A DNA stretch of 64,000 nucleotides from Phycisphaerales bacterium (GCA_029260345.1 JAJDDK010000007.1:126226-190225), one strand, 5' to 3'; positions 48,426-58,227 are shown, counted from the stretch's first letter. The notes: a model not told the origin generated them from the sequence alone. Numbers and translations: made by a program.

Positions 48426-51400
48426 ATGGCCACCAAAGTCAATGTGAAATTCGTCATCGTGCTCGCCGCCGCACTCGCCGTGCTGTTCGGCGGCGTTGCG
48501 TTCGTTGCCTATCAGAAGCTCACCACTTCCGGTGAGGAATACGAGGCGAAGGGCGATGCGCTGATGGCCGTCGGCGATTTCGATGAAGCGTCCGACATGT
48601 ACCGGCGCGCCGTCAATCATGATCGCACGAACATCGTCTGGCTGACCAAATGGCGCGACTCGCTTCTCAAAGTCGTTCCCGAAACACAAGTCGAGTACGT
48701 CAAGTACTACCAAGACTACTACTTGGGCATTCTGAATCAGCTCGCGGCGCTTCAGGACAGAGACCCCATCGCTCAGCGCGCTTACCTTGAGCCGTATTAC
48801 CAGCAGCTTGTCAAAGGCGGCGCCAATGCCGAGTCTTGGCAGCGACTCATTGACCACGTCAACAACATGCTCCAGCGTTTGCCGGAGGATGACGTCGTCA
48901 CCAAACAGATTCATCGGTATCGCGGCCTGGCGCGCCTCGCCCGCATGGAGCAAATCGAAGAGCGTGACGAAGAACGCGAGCAAACACTCGCTGACCTTCG
49001 CATTGCGATTGAGGCGGATCCAACAGATGTGGAGTGCGCCGTTGGCGTCTTGAAGTGGCGATTCATTGAATGGAAACGTGCGCACCGGTTGCGCCGGGCG
49101 CAAACCGCCGATCAGCTTTGGACGGCGCTCGGCGACGAAGTCGTGGCGATGAAGGAGTCGTTCCCGAATTCGCCGCCGATCCTGCTGACCGAACTGCAAA
49201 TCATGATCGAGCGCGTTGTGCACCTCGAAGACGACCCGGCCGCTCGCGTGCGCATGGTCAACAACATGAAGGGCTTTGAGGACCGGCTGCTCGAATCGAT
49301 TGAGGCCACGGCGCCCGAGTCGATCGACGAAAACATGCTGCGTCGCACGTACAACTCCTTAAAGCCGCTGCAACCAAGTAACTACGCCGCAACCATGCTT
49401 CCCATCGTGACGCGCGTGTCTGAGGCCAAGCCAAATGACGCCGGTCTCATGTTGCTGCGCGCCGAAGTGTTGAATGATCTCAATCGACAGGAAGACGCCC
49501 TGCAGCAGTTGCGCCAAGTGGCGGAAATGCCGGACCTTCCGGTGAGCCTGGCTGGCCTCATGCTGGTCGCCAATCAGCGCTACACGGCGATGTACAGCCA
49601 AGGCGACACGGTGCTCGACCTGCGCGAAACCACGCAGGATCCGGCCAAGCGCGCGGAACTCTTGAAGGAAGCCCACCAGTTTCGTGATGAGCTTGCGGAG
49701 AACATCACGGGTGGTGAAAACTCGCCCGTCGTGATGCTCCTCGATGGGCGTCTGGCGCTGGCCGAAGGAAACGCGAGCGAAGCCGTCGAGCGACTCAAAG
49801 CGCTGGACGATCGCGTTGGTGGACGCGACAGCGAAGTCATCAAGTTGCTGGGCCGGGCGCTGCTTGAAGCAAACATTCTCGGCGCCGCGCGGCAGCAGTA
49901 CGCGCGGCTCGTGGAAGCAAATCCGAGCGACATTCAATCGCTGTACACCCTCGCCAGCATCGAGAAGCGTCTTCAGAATTATCCGGCGGCTATCCAGCGC
50001 TTTGAAGAAGTGCTGGCGCTCACGCCTGAATTCATGGAAGCGCGGCTCGAGATCGCCGCAATTCGTGCGGAAACGGGCATCATCGACATCCGCGGAACGG
50101 TGCAAGGAGTAGATCCGGTTCGAGTCTCACTGATCCGCTGGCGGGCCCTCATGCAGCAGGAAGAGCCGGAGCCGGACGAGGCGCTCGCCATTCTGCGCGA
50201 AGCGCGTCGTGACAACGGCGACAACCCCATGATCCTCAATGCGATGATCATGCACTTCAATCAAGAAGGAAACGCCGAGCAGGCGATGGCCGTCGCCAAT
50301 GAGGCCATTGCGCTGTATCCCGAAGATCAGCGCTTTGCAGACTGGAAGCGACGCCTTGATCAGCTTGAAGTGGGATTGTCCATCGACGATCGCCTGCGAC
50401 TCATTGATGAGTCCACCGCCGAACCCATTGAGAAACTCATTCAGAAATACGCACTGCTCAACAGCGCGGGGCGCACGGACGAAGCCGAAGCATTTTTCGC
50501 CGAAGCGCAGAGGCTGGCGCCGAACAATCCGGACATCATCGAAAAACAGTTCATGCAAGCGCTGGAGCATGAAGACTTCGCGCAGGCACGGTCCATCGCC
50601 GCGACCGCGGCGCGACTCAACCTGGACAGTGTGGACGGCCTCCTTTATCAGGCGCGGCTCGAATTCGCGCAGGAAAACTTCCAGCAGGCGTTGGCGACAC
50701 TTCAGCAGGTGACGGGGCGCTTGCCGTTCGATCCTCTGGCGCTTCGATTGCTCGGCCAGACGTATCTGCAAATGGGGCGGGCCAACGATGCGTTGAACGC
50801 CTTGGCGCAAGCCTTTGAAAACAAGCCGGACGGCGTGCTGGTGGCGCGACTTTATGTGCAGGCATTGATTCAGCTCCAGCGGCACGATGAAGCGCTGCGG
50901 ATCGTGAAGCGAGCGCGCAAATTCAACGGCGTCGATCGCATGCTCATGAATCAATGGCTCGCGCTGGAGGAGATGGCCGGTGACCGTGCCTTGGCGCTCG
51001 CGGAACGCACCAAGCGGTACGACGCCAATCCGAATGACACGAACAACACCGCCGCCTTGATCCGCATGCTGATGGACGACGAGCAATGGGCCAAGGCGCG
51101 CGTCGTGATTGATGCGATTCGCGAGGCACAACCCGACAGCGCGGATCTCGCTCGGCTGGATGCGAACTGGCACGCGCATCAAGGAAACATCGAGGACGGC
51201 GCGAAGATCCTTCAAGGGTTCACCGGTGACGAAGACACCCTCGCCGGATCCGTGCGACTGGCGCAGTACTACTCCGACTTTGCCCAATACGATCTGGCGG
51301 TCACGACGCTTGAACAGGCGCGCACGCTGCAGGACAGTGGCCAGAAAGTGGTCGAACTGCTGATCGCTGACTTGTACTTTCGCACGGACCGCTACGACAA

Positions 51401-52988
51401 AGCCATTCCGTTGTTCCGTGAGGCGCTCAGCGCCGATGAGGACACCGAGTCCGGCGATGTGGCCCGGCGATACGCCGATGCGCTGATTCGATTGAAGCGG
51501 TATTCCGAAGCGGAGCAAGCGCTGCTCGCCCTCAAAGACAGAGCGCGAAGCAACACGCGCACGAACATCCTTCTCTCCCGCGCCGCCGCAGGGAACGGGG
51601 ACGATCGGGCCGCGATCAATTACCTCGACGCCGCCGTCGCCGCTTCACCCAACAGTCCGGAGCCATTCATTGAGCGAGCGTCGTTCTATTCTGATCGAGG
51701 CCAGCGTCTCGAAGATGTGTTGCAGGACTTGAACCAGGCCATTCGTTTGGCGCCGTCGTCCGTGCCCGCGCGTCAGTTGAAAGCGACGGTGCTTGTCCGC
51801 AACAATCGGATGGCTGAGGCGTCGCGTGAATTGCAGCAAGCCGTCACTGCCAATCCGGACAACCGGGAGCTGCGCCAATTGCTCATCGAATCGCTCACGC
51901 GCATGGGGCAGAATGGCGAAGCGATCGTTGCCGCGACGAGCGCTTCGCGCCAGTTCCCCGACGATGCGGGTTGGCTGCTGACCGCTGGTGATCTGCACGC
52001 GCGTGATCGACGCTGGAAGGAAGCGCTCGGGTTTTACACGCAGGCGTACGACCTGGATCCTTCGGCGCGCGTCGCCATCCGCATGGGACAATCGCTGATT
52101 GAAGTGGATCCGCCTCGATATCAGGATGCGATCGACCTGCTTGCGAAGCACCTGGATGAGGAAAATCACCTCACGACCGTCTTGCTCCTGCAATCGCAGG
52201 CGCACGCAAAACTGGGGAACTCATCCGTCGCGCGCCGGCTTGCGACCGATTCATTCAATGCCGCGAACAAACCAGCGGATATTCGCGATTGGTTCAGCGG
52301 CGTCGGTCTGCTCTTTGAGACGCGTGATGCGCTGCTTGACTACATTCGCAATCAGACGCCTAAGGCCGAACTGGAGCCGATCTACCTCGTGCTGCTGTCG
52401 CGGCTTGAAGCGCAAGATTCTGCGATGCACTCGTCCGTCATCGACAAGCTTCGCGCCATCGAAGATCGTCAGATGGATACGGCCACGCGCATGGATCTGT
52501 ATCGCATCGTCGGCGGTCTGCTCTATATCAATGGCTCGTACGAGGATGCGGCGGATGTTTTCCGCGACGCTGTGGCCCTGGCGCCGGAAGACCTCGAATT
52601 CAATAACAACCTCGCGTACCTGCTGGCTCACCACCTGAATGACGCCCAAGGCGCGTTGGCCCCCGCCGAGAAAGCCGCCCAGCTCGCGCCCGTGGACCCA
52701 AACGTCCTCGACACACTGGGCTGGGTGTATTTCCAGCTTGGCCGCCTGAGCCAGGCGCAGGCGACCTTAAATCAGGCGCTGCAAAACGGACGTGACGCGG
52801 CCGAGCGCGTGCCGGCGCTCCTTCACCTCTCAGAAACCATCCTCGCGCAGAATCAGCCGGATTCGCACAGCCGCGCCCTCCGCAATGCAGAAGCCGCCCG
52901 TGAGATGATTGAACGATCGCCCGCCCTGAAGCAGTCGTTCGGACCTCAATTGGATGCGGTTATGGAGAAGCTCAATCGGTCCGAATGA
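48426..52988 (+). CDS. Giant TPR-repeat protein (1520 aa) of the exosortase/EPS locus (PrsT-like), N-terminal TM anchor
   Basis: Single N-terminal TM helix followed by >30 TPR-like repeats. GAGG SD. Lies between epsI and the wzc-like gene. Confidence 0.7.
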   Translation: MATKVNVKFVIVLAAALAVLFGGVAFVAYQKLTTSGEEYEAKGDALMAVGDFDEASDMYRRAVNHDRTNIVWLTKWRDSLLKVVPETQVEYVKYYQDYYLGILNQLAALQDRDPIAQRAYLEPYYQQLVKGGANAESWQRLIDHVNNMLQRLPEDDVVTKQIHRYRGLARLARMEQIEERDEEREQTLADLRIAIEADPTDVECAVGVLKWRFIEWKRAHRLRRAQTADQLWTALGDEVVAMKESFPNSPPILLTELQIMIERVVHLEDDPAARVRMVNNMKGFEDRLLESIEATAPESIDENMLRRTYNSLKPLQPSNYAATMLPIVTRVSEAKPNDAGLMLLRAEVLNDLNRQEDALQQLRQVAEMPDLPVSLAGLMLVANQRYTAMYSQGDTVLDLRETTQDPAKRAELLKEAHQFRDELAENITGGENSPVVMLLDGRLALAEGNASEAVERLKALDDRVGGRDSEVIKLLGRALLEANILGAARQQYARLVEANPSDIQSLYTLASIEKRLQNYPAAIQRFEEVLALTPEFMEARLEIAAIRAETGIIDIRGTVQGVDPVRVSLIRWRALMQQEEPEPDEALAILREARRDNGDNPMILNAMIMHFNQEGNAEQAMAVANEAIALYPEDQRFADWKRRLDQLEVGLSIDDRLRLIDESTAEPIEKLIQKYALLNSAGRTDEAEAFFAEAQRLAPNNPDIIEKQFMQALEHEDFAQARSIAATAARLNLDSVDGLLYQARLEFAQENFQQALATLQQVTGRLPFDPLALRLLGQTYLQMGRANDALNALAQAFENKPDGVLVARLYVQALIQLQRHDEALRIVKRARKFNGVDRMLMNQWLALEEMAGDRALALAERTKRYDANPNDTNNTAALIRMLMDDEQWAKARVVIDAIREAQPDSADLARLDANWHAHQGNIEDGAKILQGFTGDEDTLAGSVRLAQYYSDFAQYDLAVTTLEQARTLQDSGQKVVELLIADLYFRTDRYDKAIPLFREALSADEDTESGDVARRYADALIRLKRYSEAEQALLALKDRARSNTRTNILLSRAAAGNGDDRAAINYLDAAVAASPNSPEPFIERASFYSDRGQRLEDVLQDLNQAIRLAPSSVPARQLKATVLVRNNRMAEASRELQQAVTANPDNRELRQLLIESLTRMGQNGEAIVAATSASRQFPDDAGWLLTAGDLHARDRRWKEALGFYTQAYDLDPSARVAIRMGQSLIEVDPPRYQDAIDLLAKHLDEENHLTTVLLLQSQAHAKLGNSSVARRLATDSFNAANKPADIRDWFSGVGLLFETRDALLDYIRNQTPKAELEPIYLVLLSRLEAQDSAMHSSVIDKLRAIEDRQMDTATRMDLYRIVGGLLYINGSYEDAADVFRDAVALAPEDLEFNNNLAYLLAHHLNDAQGALAPAEKAAQLAPVDPNVLDTLGWVYFQLGRLSQAQATLNQALQNGRDAAERVPALLHLSETILAQNQPDSHSRALRNAEAAREMIERSPALKQSFGPQLDAVMEKLNRSE

Positions 52989-53103
52989 ACGAGTCGGGAG
53001 CTAGCCAATCACCTCAACCGGCAACGTCCGAGAATGACGAACACCGGCCGAACCAAGCCTCTTTCGATGAAACGAACCCAGATTTGACCCCGAGCAAGTA
53101 GTC

Positions 53104-55371
53104 ATGGCGATGCAACCAAACAATGGACCCGTGCGGGGAGCCCCGCCTCGACAAGCGCCTTCCCCTGCTGGCAGCGCCGGCATGGGTGTGGCGCTCGATC
53201 CGGTCAAGCTCTTCAAGCAATACTTCTGGTGGCTTGCCGCCGCAGGATTCCTCGGCATTGCGCTTGGCGTCGTGGGCCACTTTGCGTTGCTGCGCTTCTA
53301 TCCGTTCTATACGTCTGAAGTCAATTTTGAGATGACCTCTCAGATCATCGACGCGACGGATCAGGTCACCACCGTCACCAACAACGAAGCCGAAATCGAA
53401 CGTTTCATCGGCGGCCAGGTCTTTCTGATGACGTCGGATCAGTTGCTGCTGCGCGCGGCCAATGACCCGACGCTGCGCAATGAAACCAACTGGGCCAAGA
53501 AGTACATTTCCAAGTCCACAGGACTTCCGAATTACGAGGACATGCTCGACGCGCTGAAGGACATCATCACGGCGCGCTCAATTCCTGATTCGAACATTGT
53601 CGTGCTTCGCTGCACCACGCAGAATCCGCAAGACGCGACGACGATCGTGAAAGCGGTCAAGAACGCCTACCTGCGCCAGCTCGATCAGGATAAGACCGCC
53701 GAAGCGCAGGACATTCTTGAATCACTCACGAGCCAGCTCACAGGCGTGCAGGAAGAGCGGCGTCTGCTCGAAGAGCGCATGGATCGCTTGCTCGAAGACA
53801 ATCAGGTCACCAGTCTTGACGAACGCGTGGCATTGGCTTCGCAGGAATTGAACTTCCAGCTTCCGATGCTTGGCGAGATCAAGCGCGGCCTCAAAGTCGC
53901 GCGCGATCAGCTCGCCGCGTACGAAGAGCAGCTTTCCGCGCCGGGCGGCGCCACGTTCCCCGAAATCGTGCGCACGCAGGTGACCACGCATCCGATCATC
54001 CAGCGATTCGAAGTGCAGCTCGCCGACCTCGAAGCGGCGATGCGCGGCAGCCTTGAGCGATTGGGCCGCAACCACATCGCCGTCAAAGCGTTGCAGCAAA
54101 ACATTCAATCCGTGCGCGAACAAATGGCGCTCGAAGAATCCCGTCTGCTTGATGAAATCTTTATTCAACTCATCGAGTTCACGCGGTCGCAGATTCGCAG
54201 TTACGAAGCCGCTGAGATCGAGACCCAGACCACGGTGACGGCCGCCGAGCGCCGTCTTGCCGATCTCAAACGCGTTGGTGAGGAATACAACCAGCTTCAG
54301 ATGGAGCTGGTCCGGCGCTCCGAGGAACAAGGCGACCTCCAAGGCGCTATCTCCAACCAGCGTGCGATTGTCGAACGAGCCGCAAGCAAACGCGTCAAAG
54401 TGATGTACGACGCGCAGGTGCCGGACAAGCCTACATTCCCGCAGATCGTCATTATGGTGCCGGCGATCACACTGCTGGTCGGCGGTCTTGCCGCCGGCCT
54501 GATTGTGCTGCGTGAAGTGCTTGAACAGCGCGTCCGCACGCCGCAGGACATTTCGCTGATCCCGCGTGCTCGCGTGGTCGGTGTGATTCCGGACGCCGGC
54601 GAAGATCCCTCGCAACCAACCTCCGCCGAGCGAGCCGTGCGCGAGAATCCCGCAGGCGTCATCGCGGAATCTGTTCGTCAGGTCCGCACGAACCTCATCA
54701 AGACGTTCACTCAGCGCGGCCACAAGGCGCTGCTGGTCGTGGGCGGCATGCCGGGATCAGGCGCCAGTTCACTCATTAGCAATCTGGCGTCCAGCCTGGC
54801 CGCGATCGACATGCGCGTCCTCGTCATTGACGGCAATTTCCGTCGTCCGGCGATGCACAAAATCTTCGGAGTCGCGGAAGGACCTGGCCTTGGTGAAGTG
54901 CTGCTCGGCACAACGCAACTCGCAGACGCCATTCAGCACACCGATGAGCCCGGTCTGGAAGTGCTCACGGCCGGCGCTCCCGGCAATCGCATTTTCGAGC
55001 GGCTGACCACATCGTCGATGAGCCGCGTCCTCGATGAAGCACGGGCGAGGTACGACCTCGTGCTCGTGGACTCGCCCCCGGCGATCGTCGCGGGCGACGC
55101 GATGGCGCTGGCGAACCGTTGCGATGCGTCGCTGCTGGTGGTTCGTGCCTACGGCGAGAAGCGCGGCCTCGTGCAGCGCGTGCGCGATCAGCTTGATGAG
55201 ACCCGTGCCGATCAGATCGGCGTCGTGATCAACGCGGTGCGCTCGGCGGCGGGCGGCTACTTCAAGCGAAACATCCGCGCCACGCACGAGTACCAGAACG
55301 GCCTCGCCAAGGACCTCGCCGAAGCGCGCGAAGCACGTCAGCGCGACGAAGCGCGATCATCGTCGTCGTGA
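53104..55371 (+). CDS. Polysaccharide co-polymerase (Wzz/GumC-like) fused to BY-kinase-like ATPase domain with degenerate Walker A
   Basis: Two TM helices bracket a periplasmic coiled-coil Wzz domain. The C-terminal P-loop NTPase has 'VVGGMPGSGASSL' (no Walker A Lys), Walker A' 'VLVIDGNFRRP' and Walker B 'LVLVDSPP'. No Tyr-rich tail. Confidence 0.75.
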   Translation: MAMQPNNGPVRGAPPRQAPSPAGSAGMGVALDPVKLFKQYFWWLAAAGFLGIALGVVGHFALLRFYPFYTSEVNFEMTSQIIDATDQVTTVTNNEAEIERFIGGQVFLMTSDQLLLRAANDPTLRNETNWAKKYISKSTGLPNYEDMLDALKDIITARSIPDSNIVVLRCTTQNPQDATTIVKAVKNAYLRQLDQDKTAEAQDILESLTSQLTGVQEERRLLEERMDRLLEDNQVTSLDERVALASQELNFQLPMLGEIKRGLKVARDQLAAYEEQLSAPGGATFPEIVRTQVTTHPIIQRFEVQLADLEAAMRGSLERLGRNHIAVKALQQNIQSVREQMALEESRLLDEIFIQLIEFTRSQIRSYEAAEIETQTTVTAAERRLADLKRVGEEYNQLQMELVRRSEEQGDLQGAISNQRAIVERAASKRVKVMYDAQVPDKPTFPQIVIMVPAITLLVGGLAAGLIVLREVLEQRVRTPQDISLIPRARVVGVIPDAGEDPSQPTSAERAVRENPAGVIAESVRQVRTNLIKTFTQRGHKALLVVGGMPGSGASSLISNLASSLAAIDMRVLVIDGNFRRPAMHKIFGVAEGPGLGEVLLGTTQLADAIQHTDEPGLEVLTAGAPGNRIFERLTTSSMSRVLDEARARYDLVLVDSPPAIVAGDAMALANRCDASLLVVRAYGEKRGLVQRVRDQLDETRADQIGVVINAVRSAAGGYFKRNIRATHEYQNGLAKDLAEAREARQRDEARSSSS

Positions 55372-55402
55372 CGTATTCTTTCATCGTCACCAGTGGAAGT
55401 GG

Positions 55403-56794
55403 ATGAACACGCAGTCGCCCATCTTTGATTTCCCGGGGCTTGGTGATTTCACCCCGCCCCCGTCCGCCGCCGACCCCCTCGCGGTCGAGGAGATGACGCG
55501 GCTCTCGATTTTTCATGGCTACATCGGCGTCTTCGTCGTCGCGTTCCTTGCGACGCTCCTGGTGACGCCGATTCTGCGCCGACTCGCCATCGCCAACGGC
55601 GTCATCGATCATCCCGACTACGAACGCAAAGAGCACAAACTCCCCGTCGCCTACCTCGGCGGCGTCGGGATTTACATCGGGCTGCTGCTTGCCTTCGCCT
55701 ACAGCTTCTTTGCGCCAAGCGGTTTCTTTGATCGGCACCCGTCGGAAGTGACACAACACGCCGTGCCGTTCTCCGTGCTGCTGGGCATGACGCTCATCAT
55801 GTTCGTCGGTTTGCTGGATGACATGATCGGCATCAGCCCGCGCATCAAGATTTCCGGGCAGCTTCTCGCCGCCGCTGCGCTGGCGATGGACGACGTCGGG
55901 GTCAAAGTCGCGGCGGGCGTTTTGACGCCGTTCGCTCGACTCATCGGCGTACAAGAAAATCTCCTCTTTACATTCGATCTTCCGTTCTCGATCCCGATGT
56001 TCGGCGCCCAGATACAGATCGACGTGGTCTACTGGGTGGGCACGGGGATCATCGCGATCTTTATTCTCGGCGCGTGCAACGCGAGCAATCTTCTGGACGG
56101 TCTGGACGGGCTGCTCACCGGCGTCACGGCGATTGCCGTCGCCGCCATGCTGATCATCGCGCTGGGCCTCGGCCTCGCCAGTGACGGACCGCTCGATGGC
56201 GCTCGCGTTGTCATCTGCCTCGCGGTGCTTGGTTCGTGCCTCGGATTCCTCCCCCACAACTTCAAACCAGCGACAATCTTCCTCGGCGATTGCGGCTCCA
56301 TGCTGCTTGGCTTCATGACGGTCGTCGTGATTCTGTCGCTGGGTGACACTGGCAAAACGCCACTAGTCGTTGCGGGGCTCCTGATTTACGCCGTGCCGAT
56401 CATGGATACAACGCTGGCGATCGTTCGCCGCAAAATGTCGGGCAAGCCGATGAGCGAACCGGACGACCAGCACATTCATCACTTGCTGAAGAGATCGTTC
56501 GGCGTGACCCGCGCCGTCTTCACGCTGTATGGCATCGGCGCCGTGTTCGGGATTCTCGGGATTCTGGTGTCGCTGGGCCGCGCCCGCGTGGCGTATGTCT
56601 TTGCACTGGTGCTTGCGGCATTCATCGGTGTCACCGCCGTGAAGATCGCTCGGCTGAAGATTTTTCAGGAGCAGGCCAAGGCGATCGCCGAAGCGCGGAT
56701 GCGGGCCACCCAGGCGCCGCTACCGCCCCGCCCGACGCGAGCCGCGCGGCATTCCGCCGAAGATCCATCCCCGGTCCAGCCGACACGCTCCTGA
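55403..56794 (+). CDS. Polyprenyl-phosphate sugar-1-phosphate transferase, MraY/WecA family (GT4), with extended C-terminus
   Basis: 'LLDDMIGISPRIK', 'NASNLLDGLDGL', ~11 TM helices. Confidence 0.8.
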   Translation: MNTQSPIFDFPGLGDFTPPPSAADPLAVEEMTRLSIFHGYIGVFVVAFLATLLVTPILRRLAIANGVIDHPDYERKEHKLPVAYLGGVGIYIGLLLAFAYSFFAPSGFFDRHPSEVTQHAVPFSVLLGMTLIMFVGLLDDMIGISPRIKISGQLLAAAALAMDDVGVKVAAGVLTPFARLIGVQENLLFTFDLPFSIPMFGAQIQIDVVYWVGTGIIAIFILGACNASNLLDGLDGLLTGVTAIAVAAMLIIALGLGLASDGPLDGARVVICLAVLGSCLGFLPHNFKPATIFLGDCGSMLLGFMTVVVILSLGDTGKTPLVVAGLLIYAVPIMDTTLAIVRRKMSGKPMSEPDDQHIHHLLKRSFGVTRAVFTLYGIGAVFGILGILVSLGRARVAYVFALVLAAFIGVTAVKIARLKIFQEQAKAIAEARMRATQAPLPPRPTRAARHSAEDPSPVQPTRS

Positions 56795-56819
56795 TTCATT
56801 TAAAATCGTCAGTCAATAT

Positions 56820-56902
56820 GTGCCACTGCTTTTGAGCAGTGCCTCCCTCGAGATTCCATCCTGCACCACTGCTCCAGATGCACTGCTCAAGAGCAGTGGC
56901 AC
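56820..56902. repeat. Array of palindromic 8-mers (CCACTGCT / AGCAGTGG) forming two hairpins
   Basis: 'gtgccactgcttttgagcagtgcc' (56820..56843) and 'gcactgctcaagagcagtggcac' (56880..56902) are imperfect inverted copies. Another CCACTGCT sits at 56866..56873. They lie between the wecA-like stop and the ahpD-like start. Confidence 0.4.
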
Positions 56903-56977
56903 ACTCCATTTGGTTCCGGTGGCGTATTCTGCACCGGCCGCTGTCGTGCAGCGCACATCTATGCAGGAGCACACCCG

Positions 56978-57349
56978 ATGACCGATCGTTACATCGATGA
57001 ATTTCGAGCGCGCCGAGCCGCCGGTCACGAGCGCTTGCTCGACACTGATCATCTCGGCCTGAAAAGATTTCTGCGGCTCGACTCCGACGCCTACACCGAT
57101 CGCTCAGCCGAAGGTCGCCTTGATGATCGCACCAAGGAACTCCTCGGCCTCGTTGCGTCCGCCGTGCTGCGCTGCGATGACTGCATTGCGTATCACGTCG
57201 AACAAAGCATGAAGCTCGGCTGGACGAAGGAGCAACTCGAAGACGCATTGAATGTGGCTCTCGTCGTTGGCGGGTCGATCACCATCCCGCATCTACGCCG
57301 CGCGCGGCAGGCGATGGATGAATTGCTTGAAGAAAACGATGCGTCCTAG
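56978..57349 (+). CDS. Carboxymuconolactone decarboxylase-family protein (AhpD-like)
   Basis: AGGAG SD. 'CDDCIAYHVEQ' CxxC…H AhpD-core motif. Confidence 0.75.
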   Translation: MTDRYIDEFRARRAAGHERLLDTDHLGLKRFLRLDSDAYTDRSAEGRLDDRTKELLGLVASAVLRCDDCIAYHVEQSMKLGWTKEQLEDALNVALVVGGSITIPHLRRARQAMDELLEENDAS

Positions 57350-57361
57350 TTTGTAACGCAC

Positions 57362-57400
57362 CAAAAAGAACAGCGGTCCCCGGCATGCCGAGGACCGCTG
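57362..57400. terminator. Palindromic hairpin between convergent genes, likely terminator for the minus-strand PEP-CTERM gene
   Basis: Near-perfect 30-nt palindrome 'cagcggtccccggcatgccgaggaccgctg'. An A-run 5' on the + strand gives a U-run on the minus transcript. Confidence 0.35.
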
Positions 57401-57453
57401 CGAGCATCGTGTGAAAACAATTTCCCGTTCAGCGTTGAGAGATCTGAACGAAA

Positions 57454-58227
57454 TTAGCGACGACGACGGGTCGCCGCGAAACCAGCCATGCCGAAGAGCG
57501 CCAAAGCGCCCGGGGCGGGGATGAGCTGGTCGGTGATGTTGTCGATAAGCAATGAACCGTTGCCACCGCCGAAGTTTCCTCCAACGATGCGGTCAAGGCC
57601 ACCGGCGCCAACCGCGAGCTCCTGAACGATGTCGTGACCGCTGAAGATCAGCGAGCCATCCTGGTACACATTCAGCATGTTGCCGGCGAGCACTTCGATG
57701 CCGATCTGCGTGGAGACGCCAGCAGCCCAGCTTCCGCTCGTGCTGATGACCGCGCCCGCTCCAGCGACGATCTGAACGACGTCAATGCCGCCGCCCGGCT
57801 GGAACAACACACGCGTATTGATCGTGCCGCTGTCGATGTGATCGGTCTCAAATCCGTATGTCGTTCCGTCGTCGACGGTGGCGACAAGGTCAGCCGCGAT
57901 CAGCCCGAATGACGAAGCGCCAAAGTCGGGGGAGGCGACGAATCCGACGGCGCCAGCAGCCACGTTTGCAGACGCCGTGCGGGATCCAAAGCCGCCGACA
58001 CCGGAATTCACAATCGTTCCAGTGTTGGTGAGCCAGCCGAACTGACCAGCGCCACCAAGCGCGAATCCTTCGAAATCTTCGAAGAAACCAACGCCTTCGA
58101 CCGGCTGGGTAGTCGGCGCCGGCGCAATCATCTGCACAGACGTGATCAGATTGCTGACTTCTCCTGCGCTTGCGAACGCTGCAGGAAATGCAGCCATCGC
58201 CAGTGCAGCCATTGCTCGTACTCTCAT
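57454..58227 (-). CDS. PEP-CTERM (variant 'PAP') sorting-domain protein, exosortase substrate candidate
   Basis: GGAGG SD 7 nt before ATG 58227. Signal peptide 'MRVRAMAALAMAAFPAAFASA'. Gly-rich body. C-terminus 'IPAPGALALFGMAGFAATRRRR' has a P-x-P motif, a TM helix and an Arg cluster. Confidence 0.65.
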   Translation of the reverse strand: MRVRAMAALAMAAFPAAFASAGEVSNLITSVQMIAPAPTTQPVEGVGFFEDFEGFALGGAGQFGWLTNTGTIVNSGVGGFGSRTASANVAAGAVGFVASPDFGASSFGLIAADLVATVDDGTTYGFETDHIDSGTINTRVLFQPGGGIDVVQIVAGAGAVISTSGSWAAGVSTQIGIEVLAGNMLNVYQDGSLIFSGHDIVQELAVGAGGLDRIVGGNFGGGNGSLLIDNITDQLIPAPGALALFGMAGFAATRRRR

